From contig JAMXAE010000001.1 in the NCBI GenBank assembly GCA_024281695.1, positions 1,538 to 65,537 of the forward strand: a stretch of 64,000 nucleotides of DNA, given 5' to 3'. The stretch comes from Nitrosomonas sp. (GTDB taxonomy: Bacteria; Pseudomonadota; Gammaproteobacteria; Burkholderiales; Nitrosomonadaceae). A program made the position numbers and the translations under genes. The notes under the pieces were generated by a model that was not told the DNA's origin, did no database searches, and was given only the letters and a program-made list of their open reading frames with translations. Positions 29,573-39,391 of this stretch are shown here, in pieces. How positions within the stretch are numbered: the stretch's first letter is position 1; every line of letters begins with the position of its first letter.

Positions 29573-31636
29573 ATGAATTATTTTGATCGTCATTTAAATA
29601 ATACGTGCCGGTTAAGAGAAAGCAAACTATTTTACCCGGTAATATTTATCCCGGTGTTTTTGCTGCTGGATATACCCAATATTTGCGCACAAGATACCAA
29701 AAAGAACGCCGAGTTACCGAGTGTTATTATTACAGCGCCAACTGGAAGTTCAACTGAAACGGCGGGATTTAAGGCTAATACTGTTGTGCAGGGCGAACGC
29801 TTGCGCCGGAACCGTGAAAGTAATCTGGGTGATACGCTGTCCCATGAGCTGGGGGTTACTTCAAGCAGTTTTGGGCCTGGTGCAGGTCGTCCGATTATTC
29901 GAGGACAGGATGGGCCGCGTGTACAGGTTTTAGAAAATGGTATTGGTACGGGCGATCTTTCAGTCATTAGTCCAGATCATGCAGTAGCAACCGAAACCTT
30001 GAACGCTTCACGCATCGAGATTCTGCGTGGGCCGTCTACCTTGCTGTATGGTAGCGGTGTATCCGGTGGTGTTGTTAATGTGATCAATGATCGAATTCCG
30101 GATCGTTTGTTTAAGGCTCCACAAGCTAACTTTGAAGGGCGTTTTAATTCCGCCTTGGAAGAACGTAACGGCGCTCTTAATGCATCGGGTAGTTTAGGCA
30201 AAATATCCTGGAATATCGAGGGAGCTAAAAGAAAAACTAATGATGTTCATATCCCTGGTCTTGCCAATGTGAATGATCCAGACGGTGTCATCGGTTTTGT
30301 CAGAAATAGCGCAATCGATTCAAGTAATCTGTCGGTGGGGAGTTCTTATGTTGGTGAACGCGGCTTTCTAGGCATGTCGATTTCTAGGTTAGAAAATTTT
30401 TATGGCATTCCCGGCCCGGAAGGTGCAAAAATTGACATGAGTCAAACTCGCTATGCATTGGCCAGTGATGTAGATAATCCACTGAAAGGATTCCAACAGC
30501 TCAAGGCGCGTTTTAATTATAACGATTACCAGCATAATGAGCTTGAAAAAAGTGGTGCGATGGGTAGTCAGTTTAGAAACAATGAATTAGAAGGCCGAGC
30601 GGAGTTGGTGCATGCACCTCTTGCAAAATGGCAAGGTGTCATGGGTGTTCAATTACAAAATCGTAACTTTTCCGCCAGAGGCGAAGAAGCCTTTGTGCCG
30701 TCTAGTCTTTCACAATCGGTTGGTTTGTTTATGCTTGAAAAGCGTGATTGGCAGCGATGGCGATTTGAAATGGGTGGTCGCTTAGAACATACGACACATA
30801 ACCCGCGAGCGACTCTGCTTCAAACACGTGACTTTAATCTGTATAGCATCTCTGCAGGAAGTACCTGGAAATTTATGGAAGGTTATCAGGTCGACTTTAC
30901 CGCTACGCGCGGGCAACGTGCTCCGAATACGGTTGCACTGTATGCCGATGGCAAGCATGTGGCTACCAATACCTTTGAGCAGGGAGATCAAACCCTGAGA
31001 AAAGAGACCTCTAATAATTTTGACATCGCATTACAAAAAACCACTGGTACGATTACTGGAAAAATTAACTTGTTCTACAATTACATCAATGACTATATTT
31101 TTCAGCAAAGCCGAGATGGCAATGGTGATGGTTTAGCGGATAGGATAAATGATGAGGGTGTGCTCGATATTAATGGTGCTTTTTTGGTTCAGGATTTTGC
31201 ACAAACTCGTGCGAAATTTTATGGGTTGGAAGCCGAAGCTATCGTTGCCTTATTACCCGATACACTTAATTTGCGGCTATTTACCGATACTGTCTACGGC
31301 AGGCTGAAAGATAATGGCAATATTCCGAGATTATCGCCTCAACGCTTCGGTTTCGATCTGGATTTCAAGAAAAATGCCTGGTTAGCCAATTTTAACCTAA
31401 CACGGGTAACGCGTCAGGATCGGGTCGCTACACTGGAAACTGAAACCACTGGCTATACCTTAATGAATGCAGAAATGGGTTATCACATGAAACTTGCTAA
31501 GTCCGTTAACTATACACTTTTCCTGCAAGGTAGAAATTTGTTGGATAACGATATGCGCGTACATACATCTTTTCTGAAGGATAACGCACCCCTGCCAGGA
31601 CGAGCTATCGTTGGAGGGATTAGAGGGACGTTTTAA
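29573..31636 (+). CDS. TonB-dependent receptor, ZnuD-like
   Basis: Plug: FGPGAGRPIIRGQDGPRV..SPDHAV..RIEILRGPSTLLYGSG; YQHNELE; H.AT..FEQG; C-terminal HTSFLKD.APLPGR...GTF. Confidence 0.88.
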   Translation: MNYFDRHLNNTCRLRESKLFYPVIFIPVFLLLDIPNICAQDTKKNAELPSVIITAPTGSSTETAGFKANTVVQGERLRRNRESNLGDTLSHELGVTSSSFGPGAGRPIIRGQDGPRVQVLENGIGTGDLSVISPDHAVATETLNASRIEILRGPSTLLYGSGVSGGVVNVINDRIPDRLFKAPQANFEGRFNSALEERNGALNASGSLGKISWNIEGAKRKTNDVHIPGLANVNDPDGVIGFVRNSAIDSSNLSVGSSYVGERGFLGMSISRLENFYGIPGPEGAKIDMSQTRYALASDVDNPLKGFQQLKARFNYNDYQHNELEKSGAMGSQFRNNELEGRAELVHAPLAKWQGVMGVQLQNRNFSARGEEAFVPSSLSQSVGLFMLEKRDWQRWRFEMGGRLEHTTHNPRATLLQTRDFNLYSISAGSTWKFMEGYQVDFTATRGQRAPNTVALYADGKHVATNTFEQGDQTLRKETSNNFDIALQKTTGTITGKINLFYNYINDYIFQQSRDGNGDGLADRINDEGVLDINGAFLVQDFAQTRAKFYGLEAEAIVALLPDTLNLRLFTDTVYGRLKDNGNIPRLSPQRFGFDLDFKKNAWLANFNLTRVTRQDRVATLETETTGYTLMNAEMGYHMKLAKSVNYTLFLQGRNLLDNDMRVHTSFLKDNAPLPGRAIVGGIRGTF

Positions 31637-31793
31637 AAACGCACTACCAAAATTAAAGTGTGTGTAAGCTATTGATGTATAGTTTGTACCCGATATTAAG
31701 AAAACCCTGCCGGCTGCTATAATAAGAATGAAAGCAAAGTCTGCTAAAGTCATTTTCTTGTAATTCTCGTTAAAAGTAAGCCTGTAAACACAA

Positions 31794-33992
31794 TTGATGA
31801 CAAAATGGTATAAGCAGCTTCTACTAGGTAGCCTCATCGGTTTACTCGGTGTTCTCATTCATTTATCGCCGCTCGGACTAGTACTTGAAGAAGAATTTGG
31901 CTTATCTTGGTTATTTCATTTACGAGGTACAGTTGCTGCGCCAGATGATGTCATCGTAGTGGCAATTGATCAACCTTCGGCTACGCAATTAGGTTTACCG
32001 ATTACCCCACGATTATGGCCTCGAGATTTACACGCTCGTCTAATTGATCAGCTCACAGAAGCAGGAGCACGTGTCATCATTTTTGATCTTATTTTTGATA
32101 CGCCGAGTGCGATACCGGAAAACGATGAAAAGCTGGCACTTGCCATGAAAATGGCGGGGAATGTGGTATTGGTAGAACGACTGGTTTATCAGGATACGGG
32201 GTTACTCATTGCCGATGAGCAGATAAATGATCGTATTCTTCAAGAAGGTCCCGCTCAGCTGTTGCCATTGATTACGGATGCGACAAAAGCCCAAGCGCCT
32301 TTTCCGCTTCCTAAAGCGGAAAGAGTCAATAATTATTGGACTTTTAAAGCGAGTGCGGGCGATATCCCTACGGCGCCAGCCGTTGTGTTACAAATTTTCA
32401 CTTTGCCGATATATGATAATTTTATTCGACTGTTATATAAGGTAGATTCAGCATTGGCAGCACAATTACCTGCTCATGCGGATGACATAGATCTCGAAGA
32501 TTTGACTTTTGCATTGCGGCATATTTTTATCAGTCAGCCTCAAATAGTGCAAAAAATGCAGGCTGAGCTCAATCATGATGCAAGCTTGACTTATGCTGAC
32601 AAGCAGCTGATCACTTCATTGTTAAATCTGTATTCAGCTCCTGAGAAACATTACCTGAATTTCTACGGCCCACCACGAAGTGTTCGAACCATCCCTTATT
32701 ATCAAGCGCTACAGCGTAAGGAAGATAACGCTACGGGTAATTCGTTAGAAGGGATCGATTTCAAGAATAAGGTTGTTTTTGTTGGATTCTCGGGAGCTAC
32801 CCAGCCCGAGCAGGATATTGTTCGAGACGATTACCATACGGTATTTTCCAATCCGGATGGTCTTTTTATTAGCGGTGTTGAGATTGCCGCAACCGCTTTT
32901 GCCAATTTATTGGAAAACAGGCCTGTTAAATTGCTACCGCTGTCAGGTAACTTGGGTATTTTGTTTCTTCTAGGTTTTACCATGGGAGTAGTTTCCCTGA
33001 TTTTGTCTTCTCGCGGGGCAATAGTAGTGGGTGTTCTAGTCATATCCCTCTATATCTTCAGTGCATATTACTTATTTAAGGGGGTCGTTATTTGGTTACC
33101 GATAGTGATTCCACTTGTACAAACACTCATTTCTTTTGTTTTGGCGGTGATGCTAAAAATTAAGGAACTCAGAGGGTTTCTTGGTTCATCCGGCCCTGAC
33201 AAAGCACTCGATGGAAATCTGGGTAAAGTTATTTACGGTTTATGTCTAACAACGGATATTGAAGGTTATACAACGCTATCTGAATCGATGAACCCATGGG
33301 TGCTTGGTCAGTTAATGAGTAAGTATCGTGCGGTATTGAGAAGCACAATTAAACAACATGATGGACGTATCATGGATATAACGGGAGATTCAATGCTGGC
33401 TATATGGATTGAAGATCCTGTAAATCCTATTTTGCGAATACAGGCATGTCAAGCGTCTCTTGACTTAGCTGTCGCAGTTGAATGCTTTAACCAGTCACAA
33501 TCAGAAGGTAGACCATTGCTGCCTACTAGGATTGGTTTACATTTTGGTGAAATGTCATTGAGAAGGAACGATGGAAGTTATAGCGTTACTGGAGACGTGG
33601 TAAATACGGCTAATCGAATTCAAGGCGCTAATAAAATTCTTAAAACACGCATCTTGCTATCGAGTGAAGTTGTTGTTGGCTTAGATAATTTTCTTATACG
33701 TTCATTAGGAAGTTTTCTGTTGCCCGGAAGAATCAAGCCGGTAGGGCTGTTTGAGCTTATTACGCACCATCAGCTAGCCAGTAAAGAACAATTGTGGTTG
33801 TGCGAAATATTCGCACAGGCATTGAATGCCTACCAGTTACAACGATGGACAGAGGCCAGCAAAGGTTTTTCAGACATTCTCAAAGCATTTCCTACGGATG
33901 GTCCCGCACAATTTTTTCTTTCGTTATGCCTAAGATATCAAGATGAGTTACCAACAAGCCCTTGGCCTGTTTCAAGAATCGACAGAAAATAA
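31794..33992 (+). CDS. CHASE2-sensor class III nucleotide cyclase
   Basis: CHASE2 (VVAIDQ, WPRDLHARLIDQL..AGARVIIFDLIF, GVEIAAT..ANLL), 3 TMs, cyclase motifs TDIEGYT, GDSMLA, RIGLHFG, GDVVNTANRIQ, C-terminal TPR-like helix. Confidence 0.92.
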   Translation: MMTKWYKQLLLGSLIGLLGVLIHLSPLGLVLEEEFGLSWLFHLRGTVAAPDDVIVVAIDQPSATQLGLPITPRLWPRDLHARLIDQLTEAGARVIIFDLIFDTPSAIPENDEKLALAMKMAGNVVLVERLVYQDTGLLIADEQINDRILQEGPAQLLPLITDATKAQAPFPLPKAERVNNYWTFKASAGDIPTAPAVVLQIFTLPIYDNFIRLLYKVDSALAAQLPAHADDIDLEDLTFALRHIFISQPQIVQKMQAELNHDASLTYADKQLITSLLNLYSAPEKHYLNFYGPPRSVRTIPYYQALQRKEDNATGNSLEGIDFKNKVVFVGFSGATQPEQDIVRDDYHTVFSNPDGLFISGVEIAATAFANLLENRPVKLLPLSGNLGILFLLGFTMGVVSLILSSRGAIVVGVLVISLYIFSAYYLFKGVVIWLPIVIPLVQTLISFVLAVMLKIKELRGFLGSSGPDKALDGNLGKVIYGLCLTTDIEGYTTLSESMNPWVLGQLMSKYRAVLRSTIKQHDGRIMDITGDSMLAIWIEDPVNPILRIQACQASLDLAVAVECFNQSQSEGRPLLPTRIGLHFGEMSLRRNDGSYSVTGDVVNTANRIQGANKILKTRILLSSEVVVGLDNFLIRSLGSFLLPGRIKPVGLFELITHHQLASKEQLWLCEIFAQALNAYQLQRWTEASKGFSDILKAFPTDGPAQFFLSLCLRYQDELPTSPWPVSRIDRK

Positions 33993-34046
33993 TCCAAATA
34001 TCTATCCTCAAAAGAAGAAACAAATACTAAACATTGAGAACTTGTA

Positions 34047-34089
34047 TGTGGGAATTATCACATATAAAAAAATAGTTTTTCATTACACT
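34047..34089 (+). promoter_or_regulatory. CRP box plus -10 (class II promoter) for the FecR-TPR-barrel gene
   Basis: TGTGG-GAATTA-TCACA at 34047-34062; TACACT at 34084-34089 (21 nt gap). Confidence 0.68.
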
Positions 34090-34259
34090 TTTAGTTAGGC
34101 TCGATAAATTTCAAGAATCCTAGCTAGCTATAAGGTTATCAATCTCGTAAAATAGTCTAGCCAATGAGCCAATCCATTTAAATATTGGGTTCTTATAGCA
34201 TATTGAATAGTAAATCAGTGCTTGCTACTTGAACTAGTGTTAGCAAAGAAAGATGAATA

Positions 34260-37200
34260 ATGAAAATATGCAAGGCAATTGCGATTTACTTGTTTTACAG
34301 AAATGTGTCAACAGTGATGCTTACTGTTTGTGCGGTAGCTTTTTTTGGATCAACTATAGGTAAAGCTTATGCGACCACCTCTTGCCAGCCCGAAGTTGCT
34401 CGTGTTGTATCCATGCAAGGTATTATCGAACTGCGCCGAGCGCAAGAGAGAATTTGGCAACGAGCTAGTATGAATACAACACTGTGCGCGGGCGATATGA
34501 TCCGTGCTCGTTCGCACAGTCGTGCAGCATTGCGCTTAAGTAACGATAGCATGTTGCGGCTTGACCAAAAGACAAGCATTACATTTCCAGCATTACAACA
34601 AGTCAAAGACACATCGCTGTTGGATTTATTCGAAGGCGCGATCCACATCATTACCCGTACTCCTAAGCCGTTTAAGATAAGAACACCTTTTGTCAACGCG
34701 AGCGTCGAAGGGACAGAATTTTTGGTCGATTTGCGTGAGGACAGCACAAGAATTGTTGTTTATGAAGGTAAAGTGTCCGCCAGTAATGAGCTGGGTAGCT
34801 TGCTTCTTAATGATCACGAAGCGGCCATTACACTCAAGGGGCAAGCTCCGCGTAAAGAAATCATCATACGTCCAACGGATGCAGTGCAATGGGCACTCTA
34901 TTACCCAGCAATCTTTGATTATTGGCAGGGCGATCAATTAAAAGATAAAAATGGTGTTAGTGCTCAGCTGCATCAAACAGGTCGTTTATTAGTTGTCGGG
35001 CAAGTGGATAAAGCCAAAGAAAATATCCAGCGAGTGCTTCAATTGGAGCCTGATAATAGCGATGCACATGCGCTGCTTGCGATTATCGCCGTAGTGCAAA
35101 ATGAGAAAGATCAAGCGCTCAATCTAGCCATCAAAGCGATTACACTTAATCCAGATTCCGCTGCTGCGCACTTAGCACTATCCTATTCCCAACAAGCCCA
35201 TTTTGAGATAACAGCGGCTTTAGAAAGCGTACAAAAAGTTATCACACTGGATTCACAGAATGTGCTTGCTTGGGCGAGATCAGCCGAATTACAAATGTCG
35301 TTGGGAGATCTGGATCGTGCCTTGGAGGCAGCGCAGCATGCTGTAAACTTGAATCCTGATTTGGCAAAAACCCAAACCATATTAGGTTTTGCCCATCTTT
35401 TGCAAATCGATACCAAAGTCGCAAAAACAATCTTCACTCAAGCCATTGCGCTGGATCAAGCCGATCCAATGCCGAGGCTTGGTTTAGGGCTAGCCCTGAT
35501 ACGTGAAGGCGATCTGGAAGCCGGTCGAATAGAAATTGAAATCGCTGCCAGCCTGGATCCGGCCAATTCGCTGATTCGCAGTTATTTGGGTAAAGCCTAC
35601 TTTGAAGAGAAGCGTTATTCCCTTGCCGGTACTCAATTTGATCTGGCCAAAGAACGTGACCCCAAAGATCCAACGCCATGGTTTTATGATGCAATACAAA
35701 AACAAACCCAGAATCGACCAATTGAAGCGTTAAGAGATATCCAGAAATCGATTGAACTGAATAATAACCGTGCGGTATACCGATCCAAATTTCTACTCGA
35801 TCGCGATGAAGCGGCTCGTGGATCGAGTCTGGCACGCATCTTTGAAAATCTTGGATTTGAAAAACGAGCCATAATGGAAACGGCTAAATCTTTGAGCTTT
35901 GATCCCGCCAATCACTCTGCACATCGTTTCTTATCCGATACCTACGCAAATATTCCCAGGCATGAAGCTGCTCGCGCCAGTGAATTGCTGCAAGCACAGC
36001 TTTTACAGCCCATTAATGTAAATCCGGTGCAACCGCACATGGTGGTAGCGGATTTAAATATTATCACCAACACAGGGCCATCGAATCCAGGATTTAATGA
36101 ATTTACATCGCTGATGGAGCGTAGTAAGCCGCAATTGGTTACATCGGGTGTGGTTGGAAACAATGGCACTTTAGGCAATGAGATGGTTTTCTCAAAGTTT
36201 AATGAGCGTACTTCAATCAGTTTGGGACAATTTCATTATGAAACTAAAGGATTTCGCACTAATAACGACCAGAATCACGATGTCCTCAATGCTTTTATAC
36301 AGCACGCAGTAACACCCAAGTTAAATGTTCAAGCGGAAATACGTACCCGCTCGTCTAATCAAGGTAACTTATTACAAAATTTTGAAAAGGATCCCGCTGA
36401 TCTCAATTTATCGCAAAATCGATTGCGTCGAAAAATCGATGAAGACTCTATCCGCGTGGGTGCTAGGTATGATATAGCACCCAACCAGAATGTTATTGCA
36501 TCCGGTCAATTTAACGATAGGAAGGCTGAAGATATTGATCCAATTTCTTCGAAATTAGATCAATATTCTACTTTTAAGACTGAGGCTTTTCAGACAGAAA
36601 TTCAATATCAATTTCGCAGTCATTGGTTTAATGTGTTAGCAGGTTCTGGTGTTTATCGTACAAGTGTTGATCAAAGTCAAAGGGGAATCAATAGCGGAAC
36701 TGGAAAGCAATGCTGCTTTGGAACGCTAGATAGACCTACTGAGAACAATAGAAGCGATAAAACAAATGGCTACATCTATACTAACTTGAACTTTACCCCA
36801 AATCTAAATGCCACTGCGGGCTTCAGCTATGATTCTTATAAGCATGATCTAGTCCTTATTGACGGATTTAATCCAAAATTAGGACTGCAATGGAATTTCA
36901 CCAATTATTTTAGATTGCGTATGGCCTGGATTGAAACGATTAAAGCGCCTTTAGCCACCAACCAGACCATTGAACCCACTCAAGTTGCAGGCTTTAATCA
37001 ATTATTCGATGACATCAATGGCACAAAATCTCGTCGTATGGGAATTGGGCTCGATACACATTATGAGAATAAGGTACTCAGTGGTTTTGAAATTTCAAGT
37101 CGTGATTTGAGTATTCCCACTTTCTCTGATCCTTTGAATTCAAGGCTCTCCGGTCAGGATCACTTTTTTATAGATCAAAAAGAAAACTTATATTATGCCT

Positions 37201-37613
37201 ACCTATATGGAGTACTACATAATAAGTGGACTGTAAAAAGTGAAGTTCGGTTTGAAAAACTTTTGCGCCCCCAAAAATTTAATGAACTAAACCAGCTTGA
37301 TACTTTAAGCATGCCTATTGGAATTGACTATTTTAGCCCACAAGGGATTTTTGCCAATTTAACCGGTACATTTGTTCATCAAAAAGTTAATCGCAAAGGA
37401 GAAATAAATGATGGAATAGAAAAATTCTTCCTGATTGATGCATCAGTTGGCTATCGGCTTCCCAAGCGCATGGGAATTCTGAGTCTGGAAGCAAGAAATA
37501 TTTTTGATGAGTCTTTTTTATTTCAGAATATAAATATTCAAACATCTCAATCTGTTATTTCTCGTTTTGTTCCTACACGAACAATTTTTGCACGTGTGAC
37601 GTTAAATTTTTAA
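34260..37613 (+). CDS. Outer-membrane FecR-TPR-beta-barrel protein (NsrA-like)
   Basis: Signal peptide; FecR domain (GDMIR..S.AALRLSNDS.LRLDQKT..IRTPFVNASVEGTEF.V..V.EGKV); multiple TPRs; TonB-receptor-like barrel end (LIDASVGY..RNIFD..RTIFARVTLNF, terminal Phe). Confidence 0.85.
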   Translation: MKICKAIAIYLFYRNVSTVMLTVCAVAFFGSTIGKAYATTSCQPEVARVVSMQGIIELRRAQERIWQRASMNTTLCAGDMIRARSHSRAALRLSNDSMLRLDQKTSITFPALQQVKDTSLLDLFEGAIHIITRTPKPFKIRTPFVNASVEGTEFLVDLREDSTRIVVYEGKVSASNELGSLLLNDHEAAITLKGQAPRKEIIIRPTDAVQWALYYPAIFDYWQGDQLKDKNGVSAQLHQTGRLLVVGQVDKAKENIQRVLQLEPDNSDAHALLAIIAVVQNEKDQALNLAIKAITLNPDSAAAHLALSYSQQAHFEITAALESVQKVITLDSQNVLAWARSAELQMSLGDLDRALEAAQHAVNLNPDLAKTQTILGFAHLLQIDTKVAKTIFTQAIALDQADPMPRLGLGLALIREGDLEAGRIEIEIAASLDPANSLIRSYLGKAYFEEKRYSLAGTQFDLAKERDPKDPTPWFYDAIQKQTQNRPIEALRDIQKSIELNNNRAVYRSKFLLDRDEAARGSSLARIFENLGFEKRAIMETAKSLSFDPANHSAHRFLSDTYANIPRHEAARASELLQAQLLQPINVNPVQPHMVVADLNIITNTGPSNPGFNEFTSLMERSKPQLVTSGVVGNNGTLGNEMVFSKFNERTSISLGQFHYETKGFRTNNDQNHDVLNAFIQHAVTPKLNVQAEIRTRSSNQGNLLQNFEKDPADLNLSQNRLRRKIDEDSIRVGARYDIAPNQNVIASGQFNDRKAEDIDPISSKLDQYSTFKTEAFQTEIQYQFRSHWFNVLAGSGVYRTSVDQSQRGINSGTGKQCCFGTLDRPTENNRSDKTNGYIYTNLNFTPNLNATAGFSYDSYKHDLVLIDGFNPKLGLQWNFTNYFRLRMAWIETIKAPLATNQTIEPTQVAGFNQLFDDINGTKSRRMGIGLDTHYENKVLSGFEISSRDLSIPTFSDPLNSRLSGQDHFFIDQKENLYYAYLYGVLHNKWTVKSEVRFEKLLRPQKFNELNQLDTLSMPIGIDYFSPQGIFANLTGTFVHQKVNRKGEINDGIEKFFLIDASVGYRLPKRMGILSLEARNIFDESFLFQNINIQTSQSVISRFVPTRTIFARVTLNF

Positions 37614-37651
37614 AGGGAGTAAAAAGTATGTTAAAGGGAGTAAAAAGTATG
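37610..37651 (+). repeat. Perfect 21-bp tandem duplication of an RBS + start codon
   Basis: TTAAAGGGAGTAAAAAGTATG x2 (37610-37630, 37631-37651). Confidence 0.95.
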
Positions 37652-38335
37652 TTGAAGACTAAAATATCAGTAATAATAATTGTATTATTTTGGGGAATAC
37701 TTGGTTTAACAGGTTGTTCAGATAAATTTTTACCAATCGGCCTTGCGCACCATCTTGAGAGAGCTTCAGATACCAAGTTTGGTTATGTTGCGCTTATAGA
37801 CAGTAGTACTGGACAAACGAAACACTTAATAAGCGCTAATGGTGACATATCGAAATTTTTTGGCAAACCTCAACCTGCTTCTGAGATAACAGAAGTAACT
37901 ACAGTATCAGTGGTTGGAGTTTCTGGAATTGCAGGATATCAGTCTTGCAATTATATTACTATTGATAGTCGACATGCGGGATCTATGGAAGCTCGCTTAA
38001 TTTGTCGTAATAATGAATTTAGAGAAACTAAGCTGCAGGATTCTGATAATTTTTCAGAAATTCCTACTTTGCCAAGAGACTTATTGAGTAGGCTTGCTGA
38101 AGCTGGGGATATTAATAATGTGGGTTTTCTTATACTCACTGACGTTATAACTGGGAAAACAAAGTTATTCAGGCATGAAAATTATGTTGATCGCCCTGTC
38201 AGTTTTCCTCTATCAGTAACAGAAGTAAAAAATAACAATTCATGGAGTATAATAACTTTTAAGGTGAACCCATGCCGTCAGTTTATTGTTAATAGTCAGG
38301 GTGAAGGACATTGGGAATATTCGACATATTGTTAA
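37628..38335 (+). CDS. Hypothetical lipoprotein with two internal repeats
   Basis: Lipobox LTGC; FGYVALIDSSTGQTKHL vs VGFLILTDVITGKTKLF, each half ending in a Cys pair; alternative start at 37649. Confidence 0.75.
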   Translation: MLKGVKSMLKTKISVIIIVLFWGILGLTGCSDKFLPIGLAHHLERASDTKFGYVALIDSSTGQTKHLISANGDISKFFGKPQPASEITEVTTVSVVGVSGIAGYQSCNYITIDSRHAGSMEARLICRNNEFRETKLQDSDNFSEIPTLPRDLLSRLAEAGDINNVGFLILTDVITGKTKLFRHENYVDRPVSFPLSVTEVKNNNSWSIITFKVNPCRQFIVNSQGEGHWEYSTYC

Positions 38336-38368
38336 ATAAAGATGAATCCTTCGTGGGATTCTATTGTT

Positions 38369-38415
38369 AACACAGCTCTAAGCAACCGATCTTGTTTAGG
38401 GCTGTGTTTTATTTT
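38369..38415. terminator. Intrinsic terminator between convergent genes
   Basis: AACACAGCTCTAAGCAA..TTGTTTAGGGCTGTGTT stem followed by a T-tract. Confidence 0.7.
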
Positions 38416-38437
38416 AGGTCACCTCACAAGTTTGAAA

Positions 38438-39193
38438 TTAGGCTGTTGCTAATCCCAGAAAACTATGATCAAGTATGCCAATGAGTGAATTATTCCAGTA
38501 CTTGTCGATAATATTAGCGGCCTCAACCGCCACCATATCATGCATCTCTGTTTCAGACCAAGCAATCGGTGAAGGTGGCTCACTCAAAGCGGTGAAAAGC
38601 AACGCATGCAATTCTTCAGGACTGCCGCTGTTTTGAAGCTCGGTAATTTGATTCCACTCCGATTTATCAAGTGCTGAAAACATATTGATTAAGGAACCAT
38701 AAAATATGGATTCTAAATTCTCACCTGTTGCAGGAATATTACCCAAAAGCCCAACACCTAATTCTTCCGCGTCATAAATGCCATCTTTGTGCAGATCCCG
38801 TTTCATTGTTTCTGAAAAAAATGGGTCATAATCAGTTTTTAACTCCAATTTGTTTAGAGTCGCTTCCCTAAGTGAAGCATTCGATAGGTTACCGGCATTA
38901 CTATTGAAATTCACAAGTGGTTCTAAAGTACCCAAATCAGAATTTACAAGAATGCTCATACCATCAATTAATTGCCCCTCTTTGTCTACAGATTCAAAAT
39001 ACTCGTTAATAACATCTTTAGGAATACCTTTAATTTCGCTCAGCATCGCAGTTGTAACACCATACTCAAGTGCGGTACTGTAAATTATTTCGGGGTGCTC
39101 AATATTTAAATCAATAAATTCCTGTGCTTGTTGCACTGAAATTCCAAAGCTATTTAAATATGACTCAGCTGAAATGAATGATTTTACTGACAT
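38438..39193 (-). CDS. Acidic hypothetical protein, paralog A
   Basis: 251 aa, GGAGG SD; full-length similarity to 39392..40147. Confidence 0.85.
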   Translation of the reverse strand: MSVKSFISAESYLNSFGISVQQAQEFIDLNIEHPEIIYSTALEYGVTTAMLSEIKGIPKDVINEYFESVDKEGQLIDGMSILVNSDLGTLEPLVNFNSNAGNLSNASLREATLNKLELKTDYDPFFSETMKRDLHKDGIYDAEELGVGLLGNIPATGENLESIFYGSLINMFSALDKSEWNQITELQNSGSPEELHALLFTALSEPPSPIAWSETEMHDMVAVEAANIIDKYWNNSLIGILDHSFLGLATA

Positions 39194-39316
39194 GAAACCT
39201 CCCCTTTTAAGACCAAATTATCTGATTAACTGCAATCGATTTGCTGCTAAATGTTATCTCTTTTAATCTCTGAAGTTAGTTTATTGAGTGCTTGTAAACA
39301 AAAAATACCATATGTG

Positions 39317-39359
39317 ATTATATATTGGGTGGTCTAATTTGCATGTGAGATTTCTCACA
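39317..39359 (-). promoter_or_regulatory. CRP box plus consensus -10 (class II promoter) for paralog A
   Basis: TGTGA-GATTTC-TCACA at 39344-39359; TATAAT on the minus strand at 39322-39317 (21 nt gap). Confidence 0.78.
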
Positions 39360-39391
39360 GTTATTGCGTTGGTGCAGACCGTAATTCAATA

